NCBI RefSeq assembly: GCF_006345805.1
Contig: NC_043001.1
Location: 122,822,001 to 122,886,000 of the forward strand
Length of the DNA stretch: 64,000 bases
From: Octopus sinensis
Lineage: Eukaryota
Reading direction: 5' to 3'
Shown here: positions 25,961 to 39,165 of the stretch, one piece after another
Layout of the letters: each line of letters starts with the position of its first letter
Position numbering within the stretch: the first letter of the stretch is position 1
Position numbers and translations under genes: made by a program
The notes under the pieces: generated by a model
Told to the model about the DNA's origin: nothing
Seen by the model: the letters and a program-made list of their open reading frames with translations, nothing else
The model's database searches: none

Positions 25961-26941
25961 TTACATGCGGAAAGTAAACGATTAACTTTGCAATTATATA
26001 TGCACATTTTATTTGCATATTTATACACTCGCATCGGTTTCTGTGTATTCATCTCACTTAATGAGCTTATGCATTTAGCTAAACAGTCAAGTAACAACAC
26101 ACAATTACATGGAATTACACGCAAACGCGCAAAGGCATACGCATATATACTGAAGAAGACAGATACATATATACTCGTTTGCGCGCGAGTTTCATTTACC
26201 GCTATAATTCTCATCACATAACCTCGCTCCAATAATAATGCATAATAAACAGTTTTTGGAAAGTTGCTGAGTAAGTAATCAATACATTTGTACCTTTCCT
26301 AACCTCCAGCATCATTTCCACTTTGTGTGAAGTATTAGTTGTCTGTCAATAATCGATCAGGAAATAGAAGAAAAAAATGTCTGTAACAGTTTTATCATAT
26401 GTTGACGAACTATTCTTCGTTTTCTTGTTTCTTGCCTTGTGTTTTGTTATTTAAAAATCTTAATGATTTATTTATTTTTATGTATTTTTTAAAATCTTCA
26501 TTTTTAAAAAATTGAAAAAAAAAACCCCAGATAAGTCAGCCAATATTAATAATAACAGAAAAAAAACAGTCGTTCGATATTAAGTATGTTTTTATTTATT
26601 TATGTATTTATACTTTTGTAAGTACTGTTTAGAAAATGGTAAACTGCCATAAAAATAGAATTTACGATACAGTTTCTATTCTGAGCTAGGATATTTTACT
26701 TTAGCCGAGAAAGTTTAATTGTCACAAATTGATGGTGTTTTTCCGATAATCTAACGATTCCGCCTGCACGCCATCATCAATATTATTATTATCAATAATA
26801 TTAATATACTTAGTTTTGTTAGTTTTTGTATGTACCTATGGTGTGTGTCACACTTCAAAGGAAGAGTGACAAAGCCAGAGAGAGGCGGACAGAGAGGAAG
26901 TAAGAGAGAAAGAGAGAGAATGAAAGAGAAAAAGAGAAAGT

Positions 26942-26990
<49 letters not shown>

Positions 26991-27836
26991 AGAGACAGTG
27001 AGTGGTGACGGCGTTCGCTTTGTGTTTTAAAATATTTATCACATCGCAAGAAAAGTAGATACATAGATCGGAAGAAAAGTTGATACATAGATGCAGACGC
27101 ATATTGTTAAATCGAAAGGAGGAGAGAGGAGGGACACAGAGGAAGTAAGAGAGAAAGTGAGAGACAGTAGATACATAGATCAATAGAAAAGTTGATACAT
27201 ATATACATAGACACAACAAATATTGGATGTCATTTTCACTTTTCATTCCCACACGAGGATAAAATTAACTCACAAGTGGCTGATAACTCTACAGACATGC
27301 ATACCATTAACGTAGATCTCAGGGAGATTCAGCCTCACACAGAATATAACAAGGTTGGCCCCTTTCAATTACAGCTACCACTCATTTTCGCCAGCTGAGT
27401 ATACTGGAGCAAGATAAACATTTAAATAGTTGGAAGAAAGTGAAAAAAGATCCTATATAGGGGCAGAAAAATCTTTTTAGTCATTAGGGTCGCTATGGGT
27501 GCTAATCCGATCCTAATCCGTGGGTCTTACAGACCTGGAGGCCAAGCTCCTGGATAAACACCAAGTGTTTCACCGAGTGAATTCGAAGCGTGAATTCACC
27601 GTGTATTCGAAGCGCGAATACACGGCAGAATAGCAATTATTTCGTCTTAGCTTTCACTGCTTATACTAAACACATATTTTTACCTTACGATATGGAACAT
27701 TTCCTTTCCTTTCACTCTTTTTTTTAATGGTACTCTATCGCTTACGACGACGAGATTGCCGTTTATCTGATCAACGGAACAGTCTGCTCATAAAATTAAC
27801 GCGCAAGCGGCTGAGTACTCCACGTACATGCATACC

Positions 27837-27985
27837 TATTTCTTTACTACCCACAAGGGGCTAAACACAGAGAGGACAAACAAGGACAGACAAACGGATT
27901 AAGTCGATTACATCGACACCAGTGCGTAACTGGTATTTAATTTATCGACCCCGAAAGGACGAAAGGTAAAGTCGACCTCGACGGA
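27837..27985 (-). mobile_element. 5'-truncated family A SINE
   Basis: Core and tail present. Confidence 0.85.
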
Positions 27986-28446
27986 AAAAAAGAAAAGCAA
28001 ACGAGGAAGAGAACAAGAAAGAAAAAAAGAAAAATGGAGAATCAAATAAAAAATCAAGTGAAATGCGAACTCAGGAATCGTTGCCTTCAACCTGTAAGGA
28101 AGAATGAAAACGAAAGAGACAGCGAATTTGAGACAGAGGAATATGTGTCGCACGAAGAGAGTGGTGAAAGATATCAGAGAAAGGTACTTACAGGGAGAAA
28201 TTTACGAAACCTCGTAGATTACGAAAAAAGTGCTGAAATCGAAAAGAGGGGAACAAAGATGAAAAATGTTATCAGAGTGAAATTGGCAAACTCAGAAGGT
28301 AAGAAGGGCGTGCTATTGCAGAGAGAAAGAGGAGAGAGATTAGTAGAACTGTTTGGGAAAAAAAAAGAGCTGTAATATCACCCACTTCAGTTTAGATACG
28401 ACGCGATGCTGCCTGTTGTAATTTTCGACGACCCTATGCAATATAT

Positions 28447-28881
28447 GGGATCTTTTCGTTTTGAACGGCAGTTTTTAACATAATTTCTAGGTAACTAAAG
28501 AATTCTAAACCTCGTATACTGGTAGAATGTGTTTATAAAACATCTTTTTCTCTTGGCTTTATTGAGAAAATTCTATAGTTTGTAAGATATTTGTTGTTTT
28601 TTTCTTCAATTTCTGCAATTTCAACCAATCAATGACGTCTATTGAGGTGAAAACATTGTGTCGTATGAATATGTCCCTCATTTAAGAAATAGATTGGGTT
28701 TATTTACATTTCTGAAGAAAAAAAGATACCCTCCTCCGCTAACCCTAACCCTAACTAATCCCTACAAACCCTAACCCTAAAACAGATTGAAGTGCAATAG
28801 ATCGATACTAGGGTCATAATTATGGGTGATAATTTCATATGACACCGCTAGAAAAAACTGCCGTTCAAACCGAAAAAGTCC
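28447..28881. mobile_element. Non-autonomous TIR element with internal (CCCTAA)-like repeats
   Basis: ~29-bp TIRs ggatcttttcgttttgaacggcagttttt / aaaaactgccgttcaaaccgaaaaagtcc; aaccctaaccctaa at ~28740-28780. Confidence 0.8.
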
Positions 28882-29074
28882 GTGAACTATAATTTAAAAG
28901 AACAGTAAAATGAAACTGTTTGCTTTGGGGGTCGAGTAAGCCATTTCATCTTCATTTTTTATCATACTCATAGTCCATTCAAGATGTGTTTTATATGTAC
29001 CCAATGTTTTGTTTTGTCTGTCCTAGTGGTGTCCCCTCTTTATAAAGGCCATGTGCCTAAATAAAAGAAATCGG

Positions 29075-29460
29075 GCTGGCAGAATTGTTAGCATGCCGGA
29101 TGAAATGCTTAACGGTATTTCATGTCTTTACGATCTGAGTTCAAATTCTGCCGATCTCGACTTTGCCTTTCATCTTTTCGGGGTCGATAAATTAAGTACC
29201 AGTTACACACTGGGGTCGATGTAATCGACTTAATCCGTTTGTCTGTCCTTGTTTGTCCCCTCTGTGTTTAGCTCTTTGTGGGTAGTAAAGAAATAGGTAT
29301 TTCATGTCCTTACGTTCTGAGTTCAAATTCTGCCGAGGTCGACTTTGTCTTTCATCCTTTCGGGGTCGATAAATTAAGTACCAGTTGCGTACTGGAGTCG
29401 ATGTAATCGACTGGCCCTCCTCCCCCAAAAATTTCGGGCCTTGTGCCTAGAGTACAAAAA
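29075..29460 (+). mobile_element. Dimeric family A SINE
   Basis: Junction GAAATAGGTATTTC at 29290-29303. Confidence 0.88.
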
Positions 29461-30133
29461 GATATCTTAGTAGGTCGTTCAGAATATATTTGCTTGTATG
29501 TTGAAAATATAGAGGAATCCAAATTTAGCCTCATGTTAGCATGATAAAGATTATCCTATCAGAGTATTAGTTATAATATGCTGTAAATTATTTTTCTGTA
29601 AATTTTTAGGTAATATTCTTCGCGTCAAACTTAAAGTGAATGTTATAAACATACTATTTTGACAACACTAAAAATCTATACCTCATTTACTTGTCACTTG
29701 TGCCCTGCCGTCAATATAAAGGTCCAGGAGACAGCTGAAGACGAAATCTACTAAGATGTGACACATAAAACTGAAGAGTCGTAAAAAAAAAGCAGTAATC
29801 TAGGTTTTCTTACAGGCGAAATATTTGCATGATTCAGAACTTCTAAACTACTTATATGTTTAGATAACATGCGTGGATCAAGATATGAGGATGATAAGAA
29901 TTTGGTGAAAAGTTGTTGCAAGAAAGTGCGATAAGAACAAGAAATACAATTTTTGGTTGATCTATAGATATATGCGCATGTCCTGGAAGGAACTTCTCTT
30001 TATGTAAGATAAGGGAAATTTAATAATTTTCAAGGAACTTTCAATTATAGAGAATGTGTATTTGTAGAATATGAAGGAAAAAGGTGTGAGGAAAGAAAAG
30101 TGTGTTAATAAAGCCATCCGTTCTCTGATATAT

Positions 30134-30183
<50 letters not shown>

Positions 30184-30185
30184 AT

Positions 30186-30298
30186 AACTTATAAACAAGA
30201 GCAAAAGAAAAAAAATTCTAATGCCCAATATGCCGAAAATAGACACATCGGCATATTTGTCATTAGAATTTTTTTTCTTTTGCCCTTGTTTATAAGTT
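30186..30298. repeat. Near-perfect hairpin, ~50-bp arms, 11-nt loop
   Basis: aacttataaacaagagcaaaag...atatgccga / tcggcatatt...cttgtttataagtt. Confidence 0.9.
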
Positions 30299-30382
30299 GT
30301 TTATAAATTTAACCTTTAAATGTATTTTTTAATATGCTGGCCATTGATAGAATTTTTTTCGAAAAATATTGTCCTATATTAG

Positions 30383-30440
<58 letters not shown>

Positions 30441-30469
30441 ATCAGAGAGAGAGAGAGAGAGAGATAAAT

Positions 30470-30815
30470 AGGAGCGTTGATTAGTGGTTAAAGTATTTGG
30501 TTCATGATGAAAAGGTAGCGTTTTCAATTCCCGGAGGCGCGTTCGGTCTTTGAGCAAGGCACTTTATTTCAAGTTGCTCCAGTCGTCTCAACTGGTAAAA
30601 ATGAGTTGCATCTGTAATTTAAAAGGCCAGCTTTCTCATATCCTTTGTCACACTGAATCTCATTGAGAACTACATGAAGGGTACGCATGTCTCGCACGTT
30701 AATTTCGAGGGCACACTGTTTCGTTGAAACTTGCCCAGAGTGCCACGCGGTGGAACTGAACGCGAAACCACGCGGCTGGGAAGCGAGGTTCTTAACCATG
30801 CAATCATGCTTACGC
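30470..30815. mobile_element. Family C SINE (+) fused tail-to-tail with a family B head (-)
   Basis: tgagcaaggcactttatttc core; aacttgcccagagtgccacgcggtggaactgaac. Confidence 0.7.
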
Positions 30816-31124
30816 CTATATAATATCTATAATAAAAATCAGAAAAGCATAAATTTCACAAATAGATTATAATTTATGTTCAACAGCTGTTTCATTGCCA
30901 ATAAACGTAATTAATTTCATGATTATGAATTTAGGTACATAATTGCTACAATCTAAATTAAATTAATTCAAAGTAATTGTTTATCTTAATTACTTAATAA
31001 TGGAATTAATGTTTTTCTCTTTTTTTTTTACAAATGCAACAGCGCCTGAAAGTAATTAAATAATGAACTATAAGTGGAATTTATAATTTTCTGCTTTTTA
31101 TCCTTAATATACGTTGCTTTAAAG

Positions 31125-31331
31125 CAGTAGTTGACAATATTTTCACAGTGGTTCCCAACAACGGTAGTTTCCAACTCTTTTATTCAAATAAGTTCTCCCA
31201 CGAACCCCTTTAAATATGCTTATCCTTATATATATATATATACACATGAAATTTTGAATTTAGTTTACGAACCACCAGTAGTACCTTTGCGGAGCATCAA
31301 GGGTCCGCGGACACCAGGTTGGGAATGACTA
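31125..31331. mobile_element. hAT (Charlie-type) MITE
   Basis: cagtggttcccaac / gttgggaatgacta termini; flanks ctttaaag / ctctaaaa. Confidence 0.55.
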
Positions 31332-31400
31332 CTCTAAAAGATAGTTTTAATTACTGTGGATTATTGTCTTCTGCTTATGCATCAGTCCTCTCTTTCATTT

Positions 31401-31444
<44 letters not shown>

Positions 31445-31489
31445 ATGATAAATCTCAGACCGAGTTATAAACAGTAGCGGCAACACATC

Positions 31490-31650
31490 GTGACGTATAT
31501 TTGCCATTTGAATATGGTTAACCCCTAAGGGTGGATGCTACTGTAGTTTGTAGCCCCAGGAAGCTGGAGGAGGTGTCTTCCTGGGGCTACAAACTACAGT
31601 AGCATCCACCCTAATGGGTTAGCCATATTCAAATGGCAAATATACGTCAC
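31490..31650. repeat. Hairpin, 74-bp arms (~3 mismatches), 13-nt loop
   Basis: gtgacgtatatttgcc...ccccaggaag / cttcctgggg...tatacgtcac. Confidence 0.95.
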
Positions 31651-31681
<31 letters not shown>

Positions 31682-31991
31682 ATAAATTAGAAAAAAAAAC
31701 ACCTTTTATCAATTCAAAATGAACAATTAAATTATATATAATAGAAATATTGAAATTAAAATAACAATAATATATTATTTTAATTTTAATATTTTTACAA
31801 TATGTAATTTTTTAGATGGTGTAATTTAATTGTTCATTTTGAATTGATACAAGGTGGTTTTTCTAATTTTTTTTATATATATTTTATTGTTTGAAATTTG
31901 ATTTAGTATTTCTAAATTGAATTTTTTCCCTGTAAGTTAGGATTAATATTCCCTCAAATAATACACACACACACACCACACACACACACAC

Positions 31992-32051
<60 letters not shown>

Positions 32052-32289
32052 CCGATACATACATATATAGATATATTTCAATATTATGTATGTAAACATC
32101 GGTGCCTTGTTGTACCACTACTCTGTATTTACATAGCTATTTGTCTTTATGTATATAGTATAAATTAGTATACATATTGCTATACAAAACAAGGTAGCAC
32201 AACTAAGGATTTATAATATGGAATGGTGATGAAGTCTAACCTCCGACCCTGCCACAAGAATACGCCATGTTTTTTACTAATCTAAACAA

Positions 32290-32510
32290 TATTTATTTAT
32301 TTATTGCCCACAGGGGGCTAAACACAGAGGGAACAAACAAAGACAGACAAAGGGCTTAAGTCGGTTATATCGACTCCAGCGCGTAACTGGTACTTAATTT
32401 ATCGACCCCGAAAGAATAAAAGGCAAAGTCGACCATTTGAACTCAGAACGTAATGGAAGCCGAAATACCGCTCAGCATTTCGCCCGACGTGCTAGCGATT
32501 CTGCCAGCTA
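32290..32510 (-). mobile_element. Family A SINE
   Basis: Full head, core and tail. Confidence 0.85.
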
Positions 32511-33348
32511 ATCTAAACAATATTGTTGACTTGGTGAACTAACAGATAGCTTATAAAGTATTTTTCCCGGATTGATAATCCAGCACTAATAACCAACCCT
32601 ATAACGACATGTTTGTGAGTGTGTGTGTGCTTGCAAAAATAGTCTTCAACACATGCACATATATACATATGTATGTGTGTATGTGTGTGTGTGTGTGAAG
32701 TCGCTCTTGGGTTTTACTGGTAACATACAACCCAGTACAACTTGTATAAATGGATGACCGCTACGTTTTGGTGGATTTAAATCCCATTGAAATCAACTCG
32801 ACTTTTCGTTCTTTCGGGATCGATAAACTAAAATGTCAGTGAATAATATCGAATAAACTTCTCCCCTGAAAACTGCTGGCTTTTTGCCTAAATCAGAAAC
32901 CACTATTGTTATTGCAACTGTTATTTTTGTTATTGTTGTTGTTGCTGTTATTCTTGCTATTGCAAAACCTGTTTTTATGAATTCCGAAGACCTAGATTAT
33001 TACTCCGTTTGCACTGAAAAAGAAAACTTGTTTCTTTTTAGGAGTATTTCACAAGGGAACCATAACTGGGAAACCAAAAGAGTGCATTCCCAATTTAAGA
33101 TATGATTTTTTTTAGAGCATTGTATTTTTATTTTTTTGTCTTATTCTGCTTACACAAGGCGGGCATCTTCAACAATAACAACAAACGAGAACACCACCTG
33201 CAGTACATGTTTCACAAACAGAAAAAAAAATGAAAAATAGTTATTAAATGCAGAAACCACTTAGCTGCAAAAAATGAAGAAAAAAACGATATTTCTGTGA
33301 ACAAAATAGGAATGATTCAGTTAGTGACAAAAACAAAAGGACCAACGA

Positions 33349-33408
<60 letters not shown>

Positions 33409-34040
33409 GTAGTCATACTGGGCGAACATGTAAATACTTCTGAAGGTGAAAGTTTTGGATGTATTAACCGAAAAACTGAACGTGAACAAAAATCACTCAA
33501 AAGCAAATAGTCTGCCAGAATTATGTGAAGCGAAACTGCCTTCCCTTTCCTGATCTGTATACCCAAGAATTAGAAAAGAGAAGACCACATATACGTGAAT
33601 ACTAAAAAAATGGCAGACGTCCGCTCCCCAGAGTATAGTCAATCACAGTAGCATCTCCACCTGCTATCACGTAGGTGATTGGAAAACTCGCCTTAACCTG
33701 TGTCCCAGAGGGAAACAGCGACGAGGCCGCTATCTTCCGGCAGCACTAAGCCAGTTTCTGGTGGTAAGAGTATATAAAGAGGGAAATCTCTCCCCGATAA
33801 CATCAAAGAAGGTTGCAAAGAAGGAAAACGAATGTTAAGGGAAGGCGACTTGAAATATTCATGGCAACGCCTTACAATATGTGCTTCGCGTAGACAAAAT
33901 GAATGGACGATCTAAATAATGTACAATCTGAGACTTAGAAAATACTATATGGGAGAACAATTTCGAAACGACAGTATGCGGAGAGATATAATGCCACTAT
34001 ATGGAACATATCAGAGATATGTTGCTCGTGAGGATAATCT

Positions 34041-34420
34041 TATTACCTCCGCCTTAGTGAAGGTGGAGGTATTGTTTTCAGTCTTGTTTGCTTGTTTGTC
34101 TGTTTGTTTGTCCGTGGACAAGATATCTCAAGAACCGCTGGATGGATTCGGATGAAACTTTCAGGAATGTTTGGGGTCATGGCTGGCACGAAATGATTAT
34201 ATTTTGGGATCGATCTGGTACTGGACAAGGATTCTGGATTATATTTCCTGCTTTTTACTTAATTTTTGAGAGCAATCGGTTTCACTTTTAGTATTCTCGC
34301 TTGTGAGAGCAGCCGAGTTTATTTCAGATATTCTCATTTCAAAAATCATCACTGGCTAATCTTAAAGAGGACATTGGTGTTGTCTTGGCGGACGTTTGCG
34401 CTCTGTTAGTGCTCTTGTTT
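34041..34420 (+). mobile_element. DINE-1/HINE-like (Helentron-derived) element; related copies 47819-48165 (+) and 63177-63355 (-)
   Basis: Subterminal IR acctccgcc / ggcggacgt, (GTTT/GTCT)n near the 5' end, 3' stem-loop gcgctctgttagtgc, T-rich flanks. Confidence 0.7.
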
Positions 34421-34988
34421 TCTTCTAGTTTTATGCTTGCTCCAGTCGTTTGATTGAGGCTATCCCGGTGCACCACATTAACGAAGCTCTTTCTAAAATG
34501 ACAGGATTAAAAGTGGAGAAACTGGGAACGTTAGCAAGCTCAATATACGATACCGGAACGGAATTATTTGGAGTGAAATGTGGGATGTAGAGGATTCGTT
34601 GGATAGAGTGCGGGGCGACTGTTGTTATCGTTAAGTCAAACTCATCGTACAGCAAATACAACCATTAGTGATATGCAAACTACAGTGGAAAAGGCAAGCC
34701 ATTGTATTTGTTTAGAAAAAAGACTATGAGCAATGGCTAGAAGAATATTGAGCTATATTTGATAACCAGTTTATCAAGTAAGCGGGGCCTCATTTCAGTG
34801 AGGGGGCCGGTGTACAATGATGCTGTCGAGAGGTAGGCCCCGAAACGGCGCATATTCTCTCCTGATGACCCCATACACTTGGTGGCTTCCAGTATGCAGA
34901 GCTTTTGACTGGTAGCACTTGTATGTTCAAGATGTTTGCAAGACATATATATAGGTGTGTGTATATCATATACATATATGTGTGTGTG

Positions 34989-35059
<71 letters not shown>

Positions 35060-35666
35060 TCGCATTAACATTCTACATGTATAGATTCACATCTTTAATT
35101 ATCAACAATCCAACTATTTATTCAAATGGTTAACTTTATTTAACTCGAAATTTAAGTCTTTATTCCTTTCTTTAATCCGATATAGCATCAGTCATTTTAT
35201 TTGTACAAATATTTTGATTTTCATTTGCACAAATGTTTTATTTTACAACCTTTTTTCATTTCACAAAGCTTTTTTCTATGTACTTACGAACTTCAAAAAA
35301 AAAAAGATATATCGGTTATTTTTTTTTTTTTAAATCTATAACATTATTCGATATGATTTCAAGTTCTCTAAGTAGGAGATATTTTAAACTTTCTCAATTT
35401 TAAAACTATCTTAATCGATTTTTTGCACCTCTGATGGGGGAAATGCAACTATTTGTATTGGCCGGAACATTCACCCAATTCAAACGCATTTTCCGAAACG
35501 ATCGTAAGGTTTTGTACCACTGCTTTTCTTTGGATTGTAATAATGGAGCGCTTGAAACCTAATATTTCGATGAATTTTTTTAATGTATTTTGTATTACCA
35601 CGATAAAAGAATTTGACCTACGAAAATCTGTCCTCTACTTTGATTTATGTTATATATATATATATA

Positions 35667-35855
35667 CATATGATAGATCGGTAGCCACTACACACATTTT
35701 TTTCTCTCCTTGTTTCTTTCTGTGTTCCTTTCTGTGGAAGAGCGTAGGCTCAAAACGTTTAAGACTTTTTTCAATTCCCGAGCGTTATACTAATACATCT
35801 GTTTATTTTCTACACCACTTGTCTTTGTCTTCTTTTTTATTCGTGAATTCTCCCC
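35667..35855 (+). mobile_element. HHR-bearing element, family F copy 4 (G12 mutated to A)
   Basis: CTTTCTGTGGAAGAGCGTAGGCTCAAAACGTTTAAG at ~35728-35765. Confidence 0.78.
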
Positions 35856-35989
35856 ATATATATATATATATATATATATATATTCTTTTATTCATATATT
35901 CTTGTATTTTCTTATTTGTTTCATTCAGTTGACTGCGGCCGTGCAGGAGCACCATTATGCACTCATGTGTACATGCAAATAAACATATT

Positions 35990-37005
35990 CACACATTCCT
36001 ATATTATACACTTGCACATATACACGCATATGTAGCATCATACTTCTTTGCAACTATTGTCTTTTCGTGTAGAAATTTAACTATCTATATTACCCTTTAT
36101 GTCAATACAAATTTTTACGAGCATAACAGTTATTATTCACAAAATTGAAGATTTCGACAACTGGAGCCAAAAGTTGTTTCATTTCAGCTACAATTGTTTT
36201 TACAAGCAAAAAACAGTGAGTTGTAATTAATGCCCGATCCTTGTAGTTTTTTTTTTACAAGTACTGTAACGTCTTTCATAGAACCTACTATAGAAAGTGC
36301 TTCGTTGACACAAACGCAAATATGATTTTCTGATAATTTCTATTTTTCAAAATAGTTATTTAAAATATGAATAGCATTTCCACTTTTAGCATCATTGCAT
36401 TGTTTTTTTTCTTTTTTGCAACAAAATTCATTTAATTATTTTATCACAACAAACGGAACAAATGAATGGTACTAGCTATACTTTGCTGCTATTGTTTATT
36501 GACTCATCAGCTTGGAAACCAAAATTTTAATTCTGAATTTCATCACGGTATACATTTTCCTCGATGTCAGCAGATAGTTCTAAAATCACCCCATCAACTG
36601 TATCGTATGAGAGAGGAATTTTACTTTGTCATAACAGTTTTGAAGCAGTAATTGACTCCGCTAAACTATGAAATTACATTGTTTTTTTTCTTTTGGGCTG
36701 CCATTTCAAATATTTCATACGAAGCAATTTGAGCTTTTTGAGAAAAATGAATTATACTTCTAAAAATGTGTCTGTTTTCTTTGTTTTTCTGACAGACTGT
36801 TCAAATATTTTGAATCGTTCCCTACAAGTTTGAAGAATTTGGTTGTGAAATTTCTATTTAACTTGCAAAGGAGAATTGATTTGTTATTCAATTTATATTC
36901 CCATGCCAAACAGAGAGATGAAGACTGATTTTCATTTCCTGTCGCGGAAAAATAAAAGAAAACTGACATCATATTTGCAGTTCGGTTGAATTTTAACTTC
37001 AACGA
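35990..37005 (-). pseudogene. hAT transposase relic (Charlie/Buster, ZBED5/SCAND3-like)
   Basis: FSATGNENQ..LCL..KLNNKSI..CKLNRNFTTK (BED region), KIPLSYDTV..ILELSADIEE, FGFQADES, and HCF..EMKQLL..VVEIFNFV, in correct order. Confidence 0.85.
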
Positions 37006-37782
37006 GAAATGTGTCCCATTCTAATTGTAACAACAGTACTAATTCAATAATTAATTATTCTTCCGCTAATATCCCAAATAACGTGTGTAACTGTAATGAT
37101 CCTATTAAGTGCCCTTTGATTAATCAATGTTTTAGAATGTAATATATAAGTTAAGTTACGACACTACATAAAGAACATTACAGCATATTTGCTACAGTAT
37201 TCAAATCAAAATTTATATTAAATGATCATGAACATTCCCTTAAAAATAAAATAAAAGTGCTTAGCTCCTCATTAGCTAAGTACGGTGAATATTAGTTATT
37301 CAAAATCAAGAATGAATTATTCCTTACTGCAATTATTTATACGTAGTGCGCTTACGTACAAAAAGGGTATGGGTAGTTGCAACTTACATTTTGCGAAGGC
37401 ATTGGAGATCTTTAAATGCAATTCTAAGTTATAATAAATATCAGGAATTTTTGATTCACCATTCTTCAGTATATTTAATAGACTAATTTTTGCGATGAAA
37501 ACCAGTATTTAGGCCATATTATTTTTGTATATTAGTCTGAAGAAATGATTAGTGAAACTTTCATTTAATATTAAATGGATTTACATAATTTATATGCATA
37601 GTTCTTCATGTTTATTGAGGCATTTTCTTACCCTTACATTCTGTGAGCCAGGAATGTTGACTCGGCGTTCCCCTGTGTGCCCTAAATCCTTATTCACTAA
37701 GCTTTATACATATGCGTGTGTGTGTGTGTGTGTGTGTGGTGTGTGTGTGTGTGGTGTGTGTGTGTGTGGTGTGTGTGTGTTT

Positions 37783-37941
37783 ACATCGACCCCAGTGCGT
37801 AACTGGTACTTTATTTATCGACCAATCGACGAAAGGATGAAAGGCAAAGTCGCCTCGGCGAATTTGAACTCACAACGTAACGACAGACGAAATACGGCTA
37901 CGCATTCGCCCGGCGTGCTAAACTTTTCTGCCAGCTCGCCG
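37783..37941 (-). mobile_element. Family A SINE (tail missing)
   Basis: Head ggcggcgagctggcagaaaag and core present. Confidence 0.85.
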
Positions 37942-37971
37942 CCTTATATACATATATATACATACATATAT

Positions 37972-38044
<73 letters not shown>

Positions 38045-38062
38045 ACATATATATATATATAC

Positions 38063-38107
<45 letters not shown>

Positions 38108-38426
38108 TGCATATCTATATATGGGTGTGTCAGATTGATTTGAGTTCTGGTAATATTTATCTAGTGCAACCTGTTATACTGTCGGCTCAAAGGTGATTAA
38201 AGCGATACCCGCCACTAGACTTGCTTGCTGAGGAAGGTTGCTAGAATGCCGCAGAACAAAAAACATGACCTATGAAAAGAACTGATAAACCCAGTCTTGT
38301 GTCAACGACTCTAATGATAAATACTAACAGAACAGGCGTAAACCTGTTCAAAAATCTAAACCATGACAGGTCATGTGAAGTGTCACATCGTGGTTCGCTT
38401 AGGCGTGTCTTGTTCTGAATTTTTAG

Positions 38427-38591
38427 ACAAACTTCGGCAAGAGCAAGTTGAGATATGATGCGGACTTTGACGGTACAGGAGAACAGAATCAATACGTCTG
38501 GGTTTTATATATCGCTAATTTTTGTAGTATGACACCATTTTGTCTGGCACTTGGAATATTGTGGACCAGATCAAGAAGAAAAGAGCATGAG
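38427..38591 (+). CDS. Candidate 165-nt phase-0 coding exon, possibly with a TM helix; no family recognised
   Basis: ttctgaatttttag acceptor, GAG|GTGGGT donor, open frame [55 protein letters not shown]. Confidence 0.3.
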
Positions 38592-38811
38592 GTGGGTTTT
38601 ACAGCATGTTACTCCACTCAACAAAAAACACTTTGCCTATGTTGTTCTGCAACAACGCTTCTTTTCTTCTCTCTTTTTTAAAATATTTTCGTACAGAGCA
38701 CTCACGTATCGTTTTTGACAATATGGTACATGCACGCACACTCACAGACACAAACACAAACACCACACTCAGACACATGCACATAAATGTGCGTATGTAT
38801 TTTAAGGATAT

Positions 38812-38886
38812 ATATATATGTATTTATAAGGATTATATATATATATATATATATACATATATATACATATATATACATGTATTATA

Positions 38887-38925
<39 letters not shown>

Positions 38926-39004
38926 GCATATATATATATATAATATATATATATACATGCATATATATATATATATATTATATATATATATATATATATA
39001 CATG

Positions 39005-39039
<35 letters not shown>

Positions 39040-39047
39040 TATATACA

Positions 39048-39087
<40 letters not shown>

Positions 39088-39165
39088 TATATTACACTAT
39101 ATATATCATATATATAGATATATAATATATATATATATATATATATACATGTGTATATATATATA
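38812..39165. repeat. (TA)n tract with periodic CATGCA interruptions
   Basis: Directly visible. Confidence 0.95.

Noticed and set aside
28034-28375. 113-aa ORF
   Set aside because: Purine-rich low-complexity DNA rarely contains stops; no recognisable domain.
28735-28785. Interstitial telomere or fusion scar
   Set aside because: Only a few imperfect units, and they sit inside a TIR element.
33670-33800. CCAAT plus TATA promoter
   Set aside because: Such words are common in AT-rich DNA, and the downstream sequence looks like decayed RTE with no supported ORF.
34835-34920. GAAAC...CTGATGA as a type II hammerhead (also 17078-17110)
   Set aside because: Only ~16 nt separate the motifs, with no room for stems I and III; the second copy has CCGATGA.
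37625-37685. Minus-strand peptide GHTGERR suggesting a C2H2 zinc-finger linker
   Set aside because: No Cys/His finger pattern around it, and the acceptor is poor.
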